DNA from: Trichodelitschia bisporula
Lineage: Eukaryota
DNA: 64,000 bases
Assembly: GCA_010356995.1 (NCBI GenBank)
Contig: ML996694.1
Coordinates: 743,224-807,223 of the forward strand
Reading direction: 5' to 3'
Under the pieces are notes generated by a model. That model was not told the DNA's origin. It made no database searches and worked only from the letters and a program-made list of their open reading frames with translations. Position 1 is the stretch's first letter, and the number at the start of each line of letters is the position of its first letter. The position numbers and the translations under genes were made by a program. Positions 51,166 through 63,600 of the stretch are shown one piece after another.

Positions 51166-52145
51166 CTAAGCCCCATTCCCATTGCGCCGCGGCAGGTGAT
51201 CCTCACAGTACCGGATATCAATATAGGCTTGATCATCAGTGGCATTAAGCTCATTCGGACCCGTCGAAGGCTGGTGCGCGGCCGGCCCCGGAGTAGTCTG
51301 CAAACCTAAAGAGTTAGCTCGCGCCTGAAGGTATGACAAAAGTACGTACATTGAGCCGGATCATCGTCTACGAAGGGAACCCCGATGGAAGTGAAGTGCG
51401 CTAGAGCGCTCCGCCCCATCCTCTCCCCCAGGCGTTTGGCGGCAGTGGGCAAAGGGACATCATGGTCGTACATAATGTCGCGGCGCTTCATATAGGCGAT
51501 AATGCTCAAGATGTCCATAAACAGCCTCTTCCAGCGGGGCTTTCGGTCGTCTGTGGGGGCGGCCCGGGGGTCGTCTCGCTCGAAGATCTCGCGGGATTGG
51601 GTCGCGAAGCAGCTCATCTTTCCAACCAAGAGACGGGTCACCGATAGAATTGGAATGCCGTAGATCTCCTTGAGCTCGTTGTAGTCGAACTGGAGGTACT
51701 CTAAGTACGAGGACGGACCGGAACGCTTAATGACGATCCACGCCGTAAATGTACCGGAGAAGTAGCCTAGACCCCTCATTCCAGCGGGTCTGTAGGTATA
51801 TGGATGCGCGGTCATGAGACGTTGCACAATGGATGGGAGCTCGTGCGGCTGGAGGAAGGCGACGAGCTCAATGAGGTGCGGGTGTACGGCAGACGGCTTT
51901 GGATACCGGATGTGCAGATGTACGGCGAGCCATCCCGCAAGCGCACACTTCACGCCCAAGGCGTCTAGATGCTCAATCACGGTCGCCGAGTGATGTATGA
52001 GCTCGGAGACTGGCTTCATGTCTTCCAGCGCTTTGATGAGGCGCTCCGCACTGAGAGATGAGGGTCCATCCACGCGATGTGGTGTGGGGTCGACAGCGTC
52101 CGGTGTGCTTTCCTCTGTGGAGATGTAACTCGAGCTGGCCGCCAT
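51166..52145 (-). CDS. Putative nucleotidyltransferase-fold protein, paralog C
   Basis: 279-aa ORF, plus intron 51306-51349 (gtacgt...gctaac...tag) splicing in frame into the 51166 ORF. Motifs IEHLDALGVKCALAGWLAVH and EIYGIPILSVTRLLVGK. Confidence 0.72.
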
Positions 52146-53856
52146 GGCTGCGAGACGTTAGAGAAGTGCAGTAGAAATGTAAAGAGCTGTGAGCAGTTGA
52201 AATATTGCGTGGGTTCAATGGGTTGCGCAAGCGTGGAGATTGGAGATATGGTTTAGCCGACGGGGAAGCCGAAGGGAGTTGACGAGAAAGCGTTGGGTGC
52301 TTTGGAAAGAACAAACGTGGTACCCAATTGCAGACTTACATCCGGGCACACTGCCGAAGCAAATCGTACACGAAACCCGACCAAAGCTTTCTGTGATCTT
52401 GGCGTTTAACTAGTATATACTCAAGCGTCGCTGCGCTCTACTTAATCAGGACCAGTGCGATGAAGCGGCGTCATCGGTGCCTTGCGCTTTGAGTAATGGA
52501 GGAACAGAATATCTGGAACTGTCAAGCATATGTCGGGGTGAATAAATCGAGAAGTGGTTTGAGAGAGCTTTGAATCATAACCTCATTTTCGAAGGAGATG
52601 GTTGAATGTAAGGGTTCTTTGAGGGCATGTGTGTGGGTAGCGAAGGGCCACGAGTTATAACGGAGATGGGGATTCCGTTCAGTGATGCCTTTCCCGACAC
52701 TCCGACTTCTGGCACCATTGACTAGGGTGGCGGACTTTCCACGTGTTCACATATATGAAGATGAGGTGATCATCTGGTTGCAAACGAAGAAACGCTTGTG
52801 TAGTAGATAGGCCCAGGGACAGGTTTTCGAAGTTTCTACAGTTTCAGCCAGTCACAACCTCAGCCTTGTGCCAAGATTCCAGATAGGCAAGGCTATCTTG
52901 CAGATTTCTGGGGCTTCTAGTTCTACTAAACGCATGGGGACGAATCACCTCAAGATCTTAGATACCGCTCACGAAGTGCATTTGGATGCAGAAGGGTTCT
53001 GGAACCCCCAACATTCAAAATACTTGGTCATTTTTCATGTCACCCAGCGTCGTCAATGTTGCGTCGCTCTATCCGCGGCCAAACTGGGGATATTCTGGCA
53101 GGCCTCCTCTGCCTCTGCTCAAGCAATTGGCATTGCCTCTGGCGCAGCACACCTCATGCAACTGGCAGTACGCAGATCCACGACCGCCCACCATCGGAGC
53201 AAGCCCTTCAACAAGTCTAGGCGACATCACTCACACACGGAACTCAGCTTATGATCAGTGGAATTCATTCGTCATCCATATCCATGCACACTAATTAGAC
53301 AACCATGTCAAAATCCAGTGCCCACACCGCATCAGTATCAGCTTCACACACCGACACTTCATAACATGGGAAAAACCTAGTCCATAGCCCACATAACAGA
53401 GACATGGCCAACCGTTGCCGCCATGCTCCCGGTATATTCCCTTTGATGTCCGTCACCTCGTTGTCCGTCCTCCATATCCCCGTAAAGAAAACCGTGATTG
53501 AGGCAGAAAAAAGATGTCGTGGTATCAAGCAGCAGAAACACAAGGTGCAAGGGATGAGGGGTAATGACTGTCAGGGGGGAAGGTGGGGAGGTGTAGAGAG
53601 GTATGGGAAGAGGGGAAGGTGTGGAGAGGTGTGGGGTAGGGGAGAAAGAGGTGGGGGGGTGGGGGAATTTGGGGCTATGTACATTCAGAGAGCAAGACCG
53701 ACGACAGGCAGGCAATCGACCGCACTGCCATCAACCGCACAACCCCGACAAATCAACTTTTGAGGATCCCGGTCAGACCTTCCGCAACTCCGGTAACGCC
53801 GATTCCCAACCCAGTGCCAGAGAGCACGACGCCAGTCGAGAGCCCTAGCCAGAGCT

Positions 53857-56181
53857 CTAAGCCTCAGTCTTCTCGGCTTCGCCAGAGGTACCGTTCTTGC
53901 CATCATCACCTTCTTTGGTCTTGACGTACTCATCGTAAACATTTAGCGCCTCTTGGACCTTCATTTGCAGAGCATTATCATCGGAGATGCTACTCATCAT
54001 TAGTATGTGATGTAACTGCTGCTGGGTGTGGACTTACAGGTTGAGCAACTCGGAATTCTCCATTTCGAGAAGCATACCGGTGATCTTACCAGCAAGCTCT
54101 GGCTGCCGCTCCTGGATCTTGGGGTACAGCGCCTCACCAAGCATCTGCTTCTGCTGATGCGCCGGCGCGGCGTTGAGCGCAGCGATATCAATCCCGCCCG
54201 AACCGGGGAGCGGCTGGCCGGGAACCGGAGGACGGCTACCGAAGGCAGGAGCCTGGCCGGGACGACCAGGAGTAGTGCCACGGCCGCCCTGAGGAGGACC
54301 GGCGCGCATCTGAGGCATGGGCATCTGACCGGGGACGGGGATGGGCATCATGGGAGCCCGACCACCACCGCGACCACCGGCCATCTGAGCTTGAGCCTGA
54401 GCCTGGGCCTGGGCTGCGAGCTGGAGGTACGCGGGGTTGTAACCAGCGAAGCCAGGCATGTTCGGCGGCATGCCGTACATCGGGGGAAGCGCCTGAGCGC
54501 CGGGAGCGCCACGGCCACCCTGCTGAGGAGGCAAGCCACTGGGGAATCCACGGCCGGCCTGAGCGTTGGGCATGGCGGCCGGGAAGGGCATCGGAGCGCC
54601 ACGACCAGGGATGAAGCCACCAGGCTGACCCGGGGGGAAGTACATATTAGGCTGCATGAATGGCTGCTGCGGCATAGAGCCAAGAGCAGCGGCCTGCTGA
54701 ATGCGCATCTGGTTGCGCGCATGAATGGTGGCCTCAAGCTGGGACTTGCGGACTTCTTTACGCTGGGCTAGAGCGACGTAAAGCGGCTTGCTGTCAAGCA
54801 TTTTTTGGTTCATCTCGGTGACCGCCTTGGTCGCCTCGTCGGGGTTGCTGAAGCAGACGAAGCCGAAGCCCTTGCTCTTTCCGAGAATCTTCTTCTCGCC
54901 CTTGATTGTGACCTTGTCTTCATCAGAAGACTCTTTGGCCTCCGTAGTATCCTTGATGTCCTTGGCGTCCTTGGACTCCTCGCTATCCTCCTTGGACTCC
55001 TTGCCCTCCTCGGTCTTGACCTCATCCTTCGCAGGGGACTCGGGACGAGCGGGGGTGGTGTCACGCATCACCTTCGCCGAAGTGATGTTGCCAAAAGGAG
55101 CGAACATCTCGCGGAGCTTCTCGTCGTCCACGTCATCCGCCAGATTCTTGACGTACAAGTTGACGCCCTGGTACTTGGTCTGCTTTTCAATGCGAGCAGC
55201 CTCGTACTGCTTGCGCAGCTCCTCCTCGCGCTCGTGCTTCTTCTGGGCGCGACCGACGTACAGCTTCTGGCCGTGAAATTCAGAGTCGTTAAGGGTGTCC
55301 ACAGCACGAGCAGCGTCCTCGTGCTTAACGAAGTTCACAAACCCAAAGCCACGGTGCTTGTTGGTCTCATTGTCAATGGCAAGAGACGCCGAGGTGATTG
55401 GGCCGTACTGCTCGAACAGCTTGCGGAATTCATCCTCTGTAACTTCCTGCTCGACATTCTTGACATAAACGTTGGTGAAGTTGGCCTTCATCTCCTCGAA
55501 CTTCGACATGCGGTCCTTCTTCGGGATGTGGTGACCAACGTACACCTTCTTCTCATTCAGAAGCATGCCATTAACGTGCTTGATGGCGTTATTGGCAGCC
55601 TCGGCCGTCTCGTAGTGAACGAAGCCGTAGCCCTTGGAGTTGCCCATGTCGTCTTGCGCGACCTTGCAGCTCAGGATATTGCCGAAGGCGGCGAAAGTAT
55701 CGTGGAGAGCCTTATTGTCGATGGCGGTATCAAGGTTCTTGATGAACACGTTGCCTTGGCCAGTCTTGCGCAAAGCGGGATCACGCTGAGACCACATGAT
55801 GCGGCACGGTTTGCCCTTGATCAGGGTGTAGTTGAGCTCCTCGAGTGCCTTTTCGCCATCCTCAGAGCTGTTGAAATTGACGTAGGCGTAACCAAGCGAG
55901 CGACGCGTGACAGCATCGCGGCAGACACGGATCGAAGCCACCTGGCCGATGGACGAGAAAAGTTCGAAGAGCATGGCCTCGGTGACCGACTGATCCAGCT
56001 CGCCAACGTAGAGGGAAGCCGAGTTCTGGTGAGCGTTGGAAGGCGCAGCGGAAGTCGGGGTGGGAGCATCCCCAGCAACGCTCGAGGCGGCAGGGACTGA
56101 GGTGTTGACAGTGGTGCCGTTCGGGGCGTCGGCGGCGGGGGCAGCCACGTCGGCGGCAGGAGCAACCGGAGTGTCAGACAT
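53857..56181 (-). CDS. PAB1: Poly(A)-binding protein
   Basis: Four RRMs ([33 protein letters not shown]), a Pro/Gln linker and the MLLE domain ([13 protein letters not shown]...[11 protein letters not shown]). Intron at 53990-54037. Confidence 0.99.
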
Positions 56182-56197
56182 CTTTGATTTTGGAGTT

Positions 56198-56700
56198 CTG
56201 CGACGAGTGAGCGACAGTGGCCTTGAAGAGCGGACGTAAATGCAAGTGAGAGAGATGTGTGTGAAAGGAGGAATGTGTGTGAAGAAACAAAGGTGGTTCG
56301 TTGTGGAGGGGAAATCGCTGGAACGTGCCGCGTTCGCTTAGGGCGACTGATGCACTTGCACCACAAAGGACAGGCATACCGAGAAGACTAGGACCTGAGT
56401 GTATGTATCTGCCTCGTATCAGCACGATGTTCGGAACGATGTGATGGCGCGAAGTTAAAGTGGGCGTACCTGCTTGATGGCGACGAAGATGTGTCTTCGA
56501 CGGAGAGAGAGCGAGAAGTGCGGGGGAGAGGTTGCTTCTGCTTTTTGTAATTTTCACGTTTTTTTGGTAGCTTGTTGTTCTTTCTGAGGGGAGTGGGTGA
56601 AAGCGAGTTGTCGACAGACAGCCAGCTCGGTTTCAAAAAAGGCGAAAGGGTGGTTTTGGTGAAAGAGGATGTGTTGGGGATGGTGGTGAAGAGGGAAGAA
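56198..56700 (-). promoter_or_regulatory. PAB1 5' UTR: A-rich tract plus two introns flanking a 29-nt non-coding exon
   Basis: Predicted introns 56409-56469 and 56198-56379 have consensus donor, branch and acceptor sites. The minus strand is A-rich at about 56541-56590. Confidence 0.6.
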
Positions 56701-57466
56701 GAAGTAGTTGAGCGAAGGAGAGATTTTCGTGGACGCTGCCAAGCCAACAGGCAGCATGGGTCCTTTCCTTTCACAGTGCCACTGGTACTACGGACCTACG
56801 AAAGGTCGCCGGGAAAAGTCGTGGCCGCCCCTCCATTGGCTTTTGCTGTCTGGTACGCCCACATCATGAAGAGGGGCAGGCACGACTTTTCAGGAGCCTA
56901 GTGTACCACTGCCCGTTTCTCCCCCCCCCGCCGGCCGACTCACTAAGGACCCCAAAAAAATCTTGGCCATCCTCCGTGGGTGTCTTTATGGATGGGAACG
57001 GCCAAGATCTTTTTACCTGGTTCTTTCACCCAAAAGCACCAAGCGAAGGAAGCGAAGCAGATGGGCCTTTCATTATTCAGGCATAATTTCAGGCCTCAAC
57101 ACTACGTACCGGTAAAACTAGGTAGCTTATCGACCTTATCGCTCGTCATGGATTATCATTGGTTCAGCAAACGGGTACGCTAAGGTTAAGCCACATGTCC
57201 TATCACTGCCACCACCGCCACATATTTCTACAACACCATCGGTCTTACCATCACCAACTTTGTGTATCACCACTTCTTTCACCTTAAGTATCATTATACT
57301 CTTCGTTCGGCCACTCTCCATGTTGATTAATGAGCTAGACTCCATCTATGAAGATCAAGACATCAAATTCAAAGCGCCCGCCCCCACCTTGCTATTACCC
57401 GGTCCCAAACAGCGCCCTCTCAATCAGTATTCTTCCAACAGTAACCACTCAATAGCAGACTCCCCA

Positions 57467-59795
57467 TCAGTACCCGTGTAACTCCCGCTGCTGCTTATCA
57501 TAGTACGTCTCTTCCACCACAATAGGCTGAAAGTATCCAGTGTACACCACGGAATCCGCATAGCTCGACCGGGTCCTCCTCTTCTCATCCTGACTCCGCT
57601 CAGACGCATACGATGGCGTGAAGCTCGCCGCGTAAGCTGCCTCGTAACTCGGTGGCCGCGCAGGCAGTTTCTTCGTCAGCTTCCTCCGCGGGGGACTTTG
57701 TGCCTTGACACTCTTCTTCCGCTCGACACTCTTCTTCCTTTCAACCCCTCCATCCCGCCTCTTTGCCTTCTCCCCGCTTACGACTCGTGTCTTCACCCGC
57801 TCGCTCACCCCGCGCCTCGCCTGAACAAGCGCGACATTGACGTCTCGCCCCCGCGAAAGATCCAGCCCGCGTCGCTCCTTCACCGCCTTCAGCTCCTTGG
57901 TCAGACGCGCGCGCTTCCGCCTAGCTGCATCGCGCGCCCCCTTCAGGATATTAATGAAGCGTTGCACATTGCGCATCTTCATCACGACCTTCCGAAACTT
58001 TGCCAGCGCGCTCACCCGCGACGTCTCAGCCCTGCGGCTCAGCTGCGTGGCGGTAGAAAACGCACTCATGCTACGCTGCGTCCGCACCGCCTGCGGACTA
58101 ACATGAATCCCATACGCCGGCCCCTCAACCGCACGCCTCGAGATCCGGCGGGTTGGAGTGGTATCCGAAGCAGGCGGAGGCGCAATCGGCGGCAAAGCGT
58201 GCACGCTGCTTGCCACAGTCTCCACGCTGCGCATTTTGCTCGCCGTCTCCTCCGCGATGGTGGTTAGGCTGTTGAACGTGGTCACGCTGGCGATGCTCGG
58301 CGCCACCGATGACACGGACAGCGAGCGGCTCAGCTGCCCCACGGGCTTGCGCGGGATGCTCTGCAGCACCGGCGCGGGCGCGTCATTGCGAGGCCCGAAG
58401 GGATCCTCGAGTGGGCCTCCTAATGGTCCGTCGAGCGGGCTGTACGGCGGGGAGAACGGCGGCGAGGGCGGGCCCTGCGGCACGCGTGGCTGTGATTGTC
58501 TGTACTCGATTTTCTGCTCCACGCTGTTGCAGCGTCGCAGCGCGGGGTCGATGGTCATGCGCGACAGCTCGCCCTCCAGCGCGGTTAGCGGGGACTGGCC
58601 AGCTGGTTTGCGTGTCGGGGAGCGGTCGGAATGTTTCCGGGGCATAGCGTCCGGTATCCTGATCCCAGTGATACGCCGCGCCTCGATGACGATCGCACGT
58701 GGCAGCTCCGGCTTCGCGGGCACGGCAGTGGCGACGCACTCCTCGGAATGGTCGTCGGGGAGCTCGTCATCGGGATTCTCCTCGTCCTCGGAAAGCGCGA
58801 CCTCGTACACAGGCGCCAGGAGCACGTCCTTGCGGTCGGTGCCCACGCTGCGCACCTCAGCCATGGCGGCGGCAAAGTCGAACATGCGCGGATCCTTGAG
58901 CACCGGCGACGGGGTCGAGTCGTATAGATGCTCATCGTCCAGCAGCGGTTCCTCTCCTAACCGCTCCTCCCCACTCGACGCCGACATCTCCTCCGCCTCG
59001 CGCTCCAGCCGATCAACGACCACCGAACTCGGCGCCTTGCGCACAGCGGGGCTCACGGCCGCGACACCGCACGCCTTCGTAACCCCCCTCTCCAAGCCTG
59101 GCCTCCCCATCCCGGCCACCACGCGCTCCACATCCCCCTCCGCCACACTAACAATCCCAATCCCGACCCCCTCCCCCGCGCCTTCCCCAACACGCACCTG
59201 CCACCCATCCCGTCCCCAAACAGCCCTCCACCTCTCTTCCCCCCGATACCTAACCCCCCCATCCCCGCCAACTGTCCACGGCCCATTCCCACCTTTCCTT
59301 GCAAGCAATATGTTCCCAAGCCGCACACCCCCTTCCCCATCCACGTACGCCCATTTGAATATTGGCGCAGCCGCCTGCTCACAGCTCACGAGGCCTGTAT
59401 ACCCCGCGCCAGGGAACGGAGCGATGCTCGCGCGCAGCGGCATCGACACCGCGGATGGCGGAGTAGTCTCTGAGACCAATACCTAGCAACATCAGTATCC
59501 GTGCTGGCAGCGTGGGTGTGAAGGAGCATACCTTGTTGTCCCGCACCACGAGCACCCGCCCATCTAACTCAGCGGAGTGCGGTCCTCTCACAAGCGTGCG
59601 GACGAGAAGCAAGGAGGGCGACGCAACCGGCGGGTGCGATGTCAGCGGCCCGCTGCTCGTGGTGCTGGGGATGTAGGTGCTGGCCGGCCGTTGGGCCTTG
59701 GGTTTGGCGGGTGAGGTGACGTGCAGCGAGGTTGCCCGCTGAGGGAGGATGGCAGGTGGGAGGATGACGGCCATGCTTGTCGTTATTGCGGACAT
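57467..59795 (-). CDS. Large hypothetical protein (small N-terminal beta domain, long low-complexity tail)
   Basis: ATG at 59795 and intron 59483-59531 join in frame to the 670-aa ORF. The WAYVD...GPW...W segment looks globular. Confidence 0.75.
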
Positions 59796-61215
59796 CGCAA
59801 GATAGTGAGGAGAAGAGGTGAGTGTGGTGGGCGTCGTGCCCGTGGTGGCGAGGCTGCGATGCGCGGCGACGAAGGCGAGACGAAGCCAAACGACTGTAAG
59901 TGTAGCGACTCCAACCAACAAAGTAAGACCCAGGTGCAGTTGAGTTGTGAAGGCCAGAATCAAGATCAAGATCTAGATGACGAACCGTCGTTCGCCTCAC
60001 CTACACTCAGCGCCATTCAAGCTGAACCAATCTCCCCCAGCGCAATATACATATAACCGCCCCTTCCCCCCTCACCTCCAATCCGCGGGTGTGCCACTGT
60101 ATATCCCACGCCCCGTCCGCGCCGTGCCCGGACCCGTACGCCTACCTCCTACACCGATGCAAGTGCATCGATGCACACCGGAGGCAAAAGCGAATAATCT
60201 GCCTCAGCTCGTTACGCTGTACTCCCCACTCCCCTTCTCCACAGCCTCGCCCTGCACAAAGCGCGCCCACAACCTCGGCTTGCACACCACCAGTCGCACA
60301 GCACCACAGCCTCGCGCTCCATCCCCCCGCCCCGTCTCCCTTCCAGAAACATTCACACCCCAGCATAAAAAGAGGTAATATACCCCCCACAACCCCTCTG
60401 ACTCGTCGCACGCAGCCCTATGCACAGGGGGAATCCCTCATGCCGGGCGCTGCTCTACCGCCCATCACTCGCATACGCAGGCTGACTCCCCTCCGCACGC
60501 CGCATCGGGTGCGCTGGTGCTGTGATACGCGCTGTCACTGCCGCGTCCCGTTGCCTGTGCCAGAAGGAGTGGTGTGTGCCCCGCGCTCCTCCCCCTCCCG
60601 TCCGCCGCGGTGCTACGCGCTTGCGAAACGCAAGGCTCAGTCCGGCGGTGCGCTTCCGGGCTCGAAGCAGTGCGGCGACACGCCCCCTATGCTGGATCCC
60701 AATCACGAGGTCTCCCCACTTGTGGGTGACAAAGGCAGGTCAGTGGCGAGGCGAGCATTGACGTATACACTATCCTACACAGCCTCTGCTAGATTAATCT
60801 CCCGTGTCGCAGATATATTGACCTCTCTGGCGAACCAAGCATCTTCGCGGTTGCGGATTCACAAGGGTGCACTGGCTAGGATGTTTTTCGGGTAGATCGC
60901 TGGTTCCCGTGAGGAATTTTGGGTGCTAGGCCTGGAATGAGAGCAGAACAAGGTCAGACGTCGAAACGTCAGTGTCAGAAGTGAGGATGGATTTGCAGGA
61001 TCTCCAACGTCGGCCCCCAGACTCAATACATCCGGAATAAAACATGTTCCGGTGCCGCTCTACTACGGTAGAACTGCACTCCTCGCTGCCCGCATTTTGT
61101 AACAGCTCCAGAAACACCACACCCGCGCAACTGAACCTCATGGCACACGACGCACGATAACGGCGCTCCATGTCCCACGTTTACCGTCACGTTTAGCCAC
61201 GCCCTCATCATAATC

Positions 61216-61552
61216 ATGGTTATCGCCAGCACTTAAGCAAGACCTTCTGAACCTGTTAGCCTCCTGCGATGAGACTATGCGAGCGATATATGATGGCTCT
61301 CGCCTTCAGCGCAATGATCGGGAAGCAGACGATATTGATGTGGGGAATTTTGAGCTCGAGATCGACAAATTTTTTACCATGATCTCCGATCTCTTGACTC
61401 AGCTCGATACTCGAAAAGATATGGCTACACAGAAGCTCTGCGCGAGGAACAACATCGCCGCATGTGTATCTGACGCCAAGATTCTCCATACCATGACCGT
61501 GGATTTGGCCAAACACCCTTCACGTACGAACCACGAGCTGGATGTGTGGTGA
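61216..61552 (+). pseudogene. Helical-bundle array copy 1 (possibly frameshifted at its start)
   Basis: Similarity to copies 3 and 4 (LKQDLLNLLASCDET) extends upstream of the in-frame ATG at 61277. The nearest upstream ATG (61216) is one base out of frame, and there is an in-frame TAA at 61211. Confidence 0.5.
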
Positions 61553-61869
61553 GGGTATTTTTACAGCGTTCGGTGGGATCTTGACGTGGTCAGGAGGGAT
61601 CTACGCTCTCAAGGATATGAGTAAGTAGCTATTTCGCACATGAGCATCCTCTCACGCTCCCAGTGGGGGATCGTACCTATTCTTCTGGCTGACTGGGAAG
61701 AGATCAGGCAGGACCAAGCGTGCGAAAATAGCTAGTTGACTCAATCTTAATGTGTTGTAAGCTGTACGGGTACCCGGTTCAAGAGGCAGAGCAACGTAAT
61801 ACTAGCTTAGTGTTGCTCATGATCCTCTTTGAGTGAGGTCTGCCTCGCCCGCTCACGCCGCTGTACTAG

Positions 61870-62240
61870 TTCGAAGGGCGACGACTATGCGATTTGAAGC
61901 TCGAGGTCGAGGAAGTGCTTACGACGCTATCCAATTACTTGACTGAGCTCAATGATCGACCGGAGGCCGGCTATAATAGGATTTATACCAGGTTCATCAA
62001 GATGCTCACCGAATGCGTCAAGAATTCTGAGGAACTCTACACTTATGTTGTGGGTCCGGACAAGCGCGGCTTCTGTACCTCCAGCGAGTGGGAAATGTTG
62101 GAGGGCAAGATCACCCAGCTTAATACATCTCCTTTTCTGCTCAGACGGTAAGCGGCTGTCACATACTGTAGATTGATGGCTAAATCAGGTTTAGATTTTT
62201 GACTCGACCTACGACTTTTCGCGGTCATTACTCGATATAG
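61870..62240 (+). CDS. Helical-bundle array copy 2 (5' end unresolved or damaged)
   Basis: LKLEVEEVLTTLSNYL...ECVKNSEELY...DKRGFCTSSEW. A 41-nt intron at 62148-62188 leads to YSI*. The in-frame TAG at 61867 is either a splice acceptor or a nonsense mutation. Confidence 0.55.
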
Positions 62241-62545
62241 AAGGTAGCTCGATGAAATACAATCTTGATGTTGCTGACACTGCTTTTCGTGAGGTTGTGC
62301 ATAAGGAGTGGATGCGGCTTGGGGTTGCCACATCCAAGAGCTGGGCGGAAATATGATGAGCGCCCCCCTCTAAAAAGTTGCAGCCGACTTTTGCTCCGGC
62401 TTTGCGGAGTAAGAAGCAGAAACTATCGGAGAGGCGCTCATTATTCACGCCCTTCCCCGCAGTTAGCTCCCAACGCACGACAACTGCACATCCACATTGG
62501 ACTCTCTTCGTTCGGCTCAGCTACTGCAAATTCTTCAAAATCTTC

Positions 62546-63137
62546 ATGTCGGACGAGCCTGTAGAAGGGCTCCACGAGCAGCTTTGCGATCTTAGTCGCT
62601 CGTGCAGGAGAATTTTGAAAGTCCATACGCCTTGTGGAAAAGCACTTCAAGGGCAAAAATTATCCTGTCTTAAGCTCGAGGCTGAGGAAATGTTTACGTC
62701 GCTATCCGATTTCTTAGCCGATCTTAAGAACCGGAAAGAGATCGCCAATCAGGAGTCACATACTCAGGCTATTGAGGCGCTCACCGAATGCGTCAACAGC
62801 TCTGAGAAACTCTATATTCATATTACGGGTCTGGACAAACGCGGGTTATGCACGTCCGAAGAATGGGGCGTGCTTGAACAGGCGTATGATACCCTCTGGT
62901 GGGATCTCGGCCACCTTCTTGTCTACGGGTCCGAAAGAAAATTGTAAGCGGCTTTCCTATTCCGCAGATGAATGACTGAACCAGGGTGGCATTTAGTAGA
63001 ACTGTGAGTGGGAGAATGGACAGAGAGAGAGTGTGGGTTCCTCGTTAGGGATGAGCCTTCTTTTGCCTGCGTAGGAGAAAAACGGGCGGATAGCTGCTGG
63101 ACTTATCCCGAAAGGTTGCAAGGGCTACTCGATGTAG
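62546..63137 (+). CDS. Helical-bundle array copy 3
   Basis: MSDEPVEGLHEQLCDLSRSC...LKLEAEEMFTSLSDFL...ECVNSSEKLY...DKRGLCTSEEW. Introns 62944-62984 and 63004-63074 lead to YSM*. Confidence 0.7.
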
Positions 63138-63600
63138 GAGGCAGCTCGATGGAGTATAATCTTGATGGTGCTGATGGTACTGCTTTTCGCCAGGTTGCGC
63201 GTAGGCAGATGATGCGGCTTGGGGGCACACGGCAGAAGAAAAAAGTGTCTCGCAAAGCCGCCGCTTTCACACTCAAGACCGACAGGTCCGCGACGACATT
63301 ACGACCGCAACGAGCGATAGATAAATGTACAAGTTTGGTCAGCGGATGCATCCGGATGTTGGGACTAGGCCTAATAGGTTTATCTAGTTTCTTTGCGTTG
63401 TTGCGAGCTGATATCCTTTTTAAGCTCATCGTATGGGTCATTTTTCTTCTACCATGTGGAGGATACCACGACTTAAACCTCCACAGACAACACCCTAAAT
63501 ATTCCGCAGTTGAAACCTTACGGCACCCGGACCACGACAACAGCCTTTCTATGTTGAACCTTTGCTCATTACTCTTCGTTACGCATTGATCGCAGTCTCG

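Noticed and set aside
54805..56100. 431-aa plus-strand ORF antisense to PAB1
   Set aside because: It is a shadow frame expected from the strong codon bias of PAB1, and it has no motifs of its own.
58158..59486. 442-aa plus-strand ORF
   Set aside because: It is antisense to the 57467-59795 gene in GC-rich, low-complexity sequence and is Ser/Gly/Pro-rich, as shadow frames typically are.
60089..60895. 268-aa plus-strand ORF
   Set aside because: It has a GTG start and non-protein-like composition, and it lies in the GC-rich upstream region of the 59795 gene.
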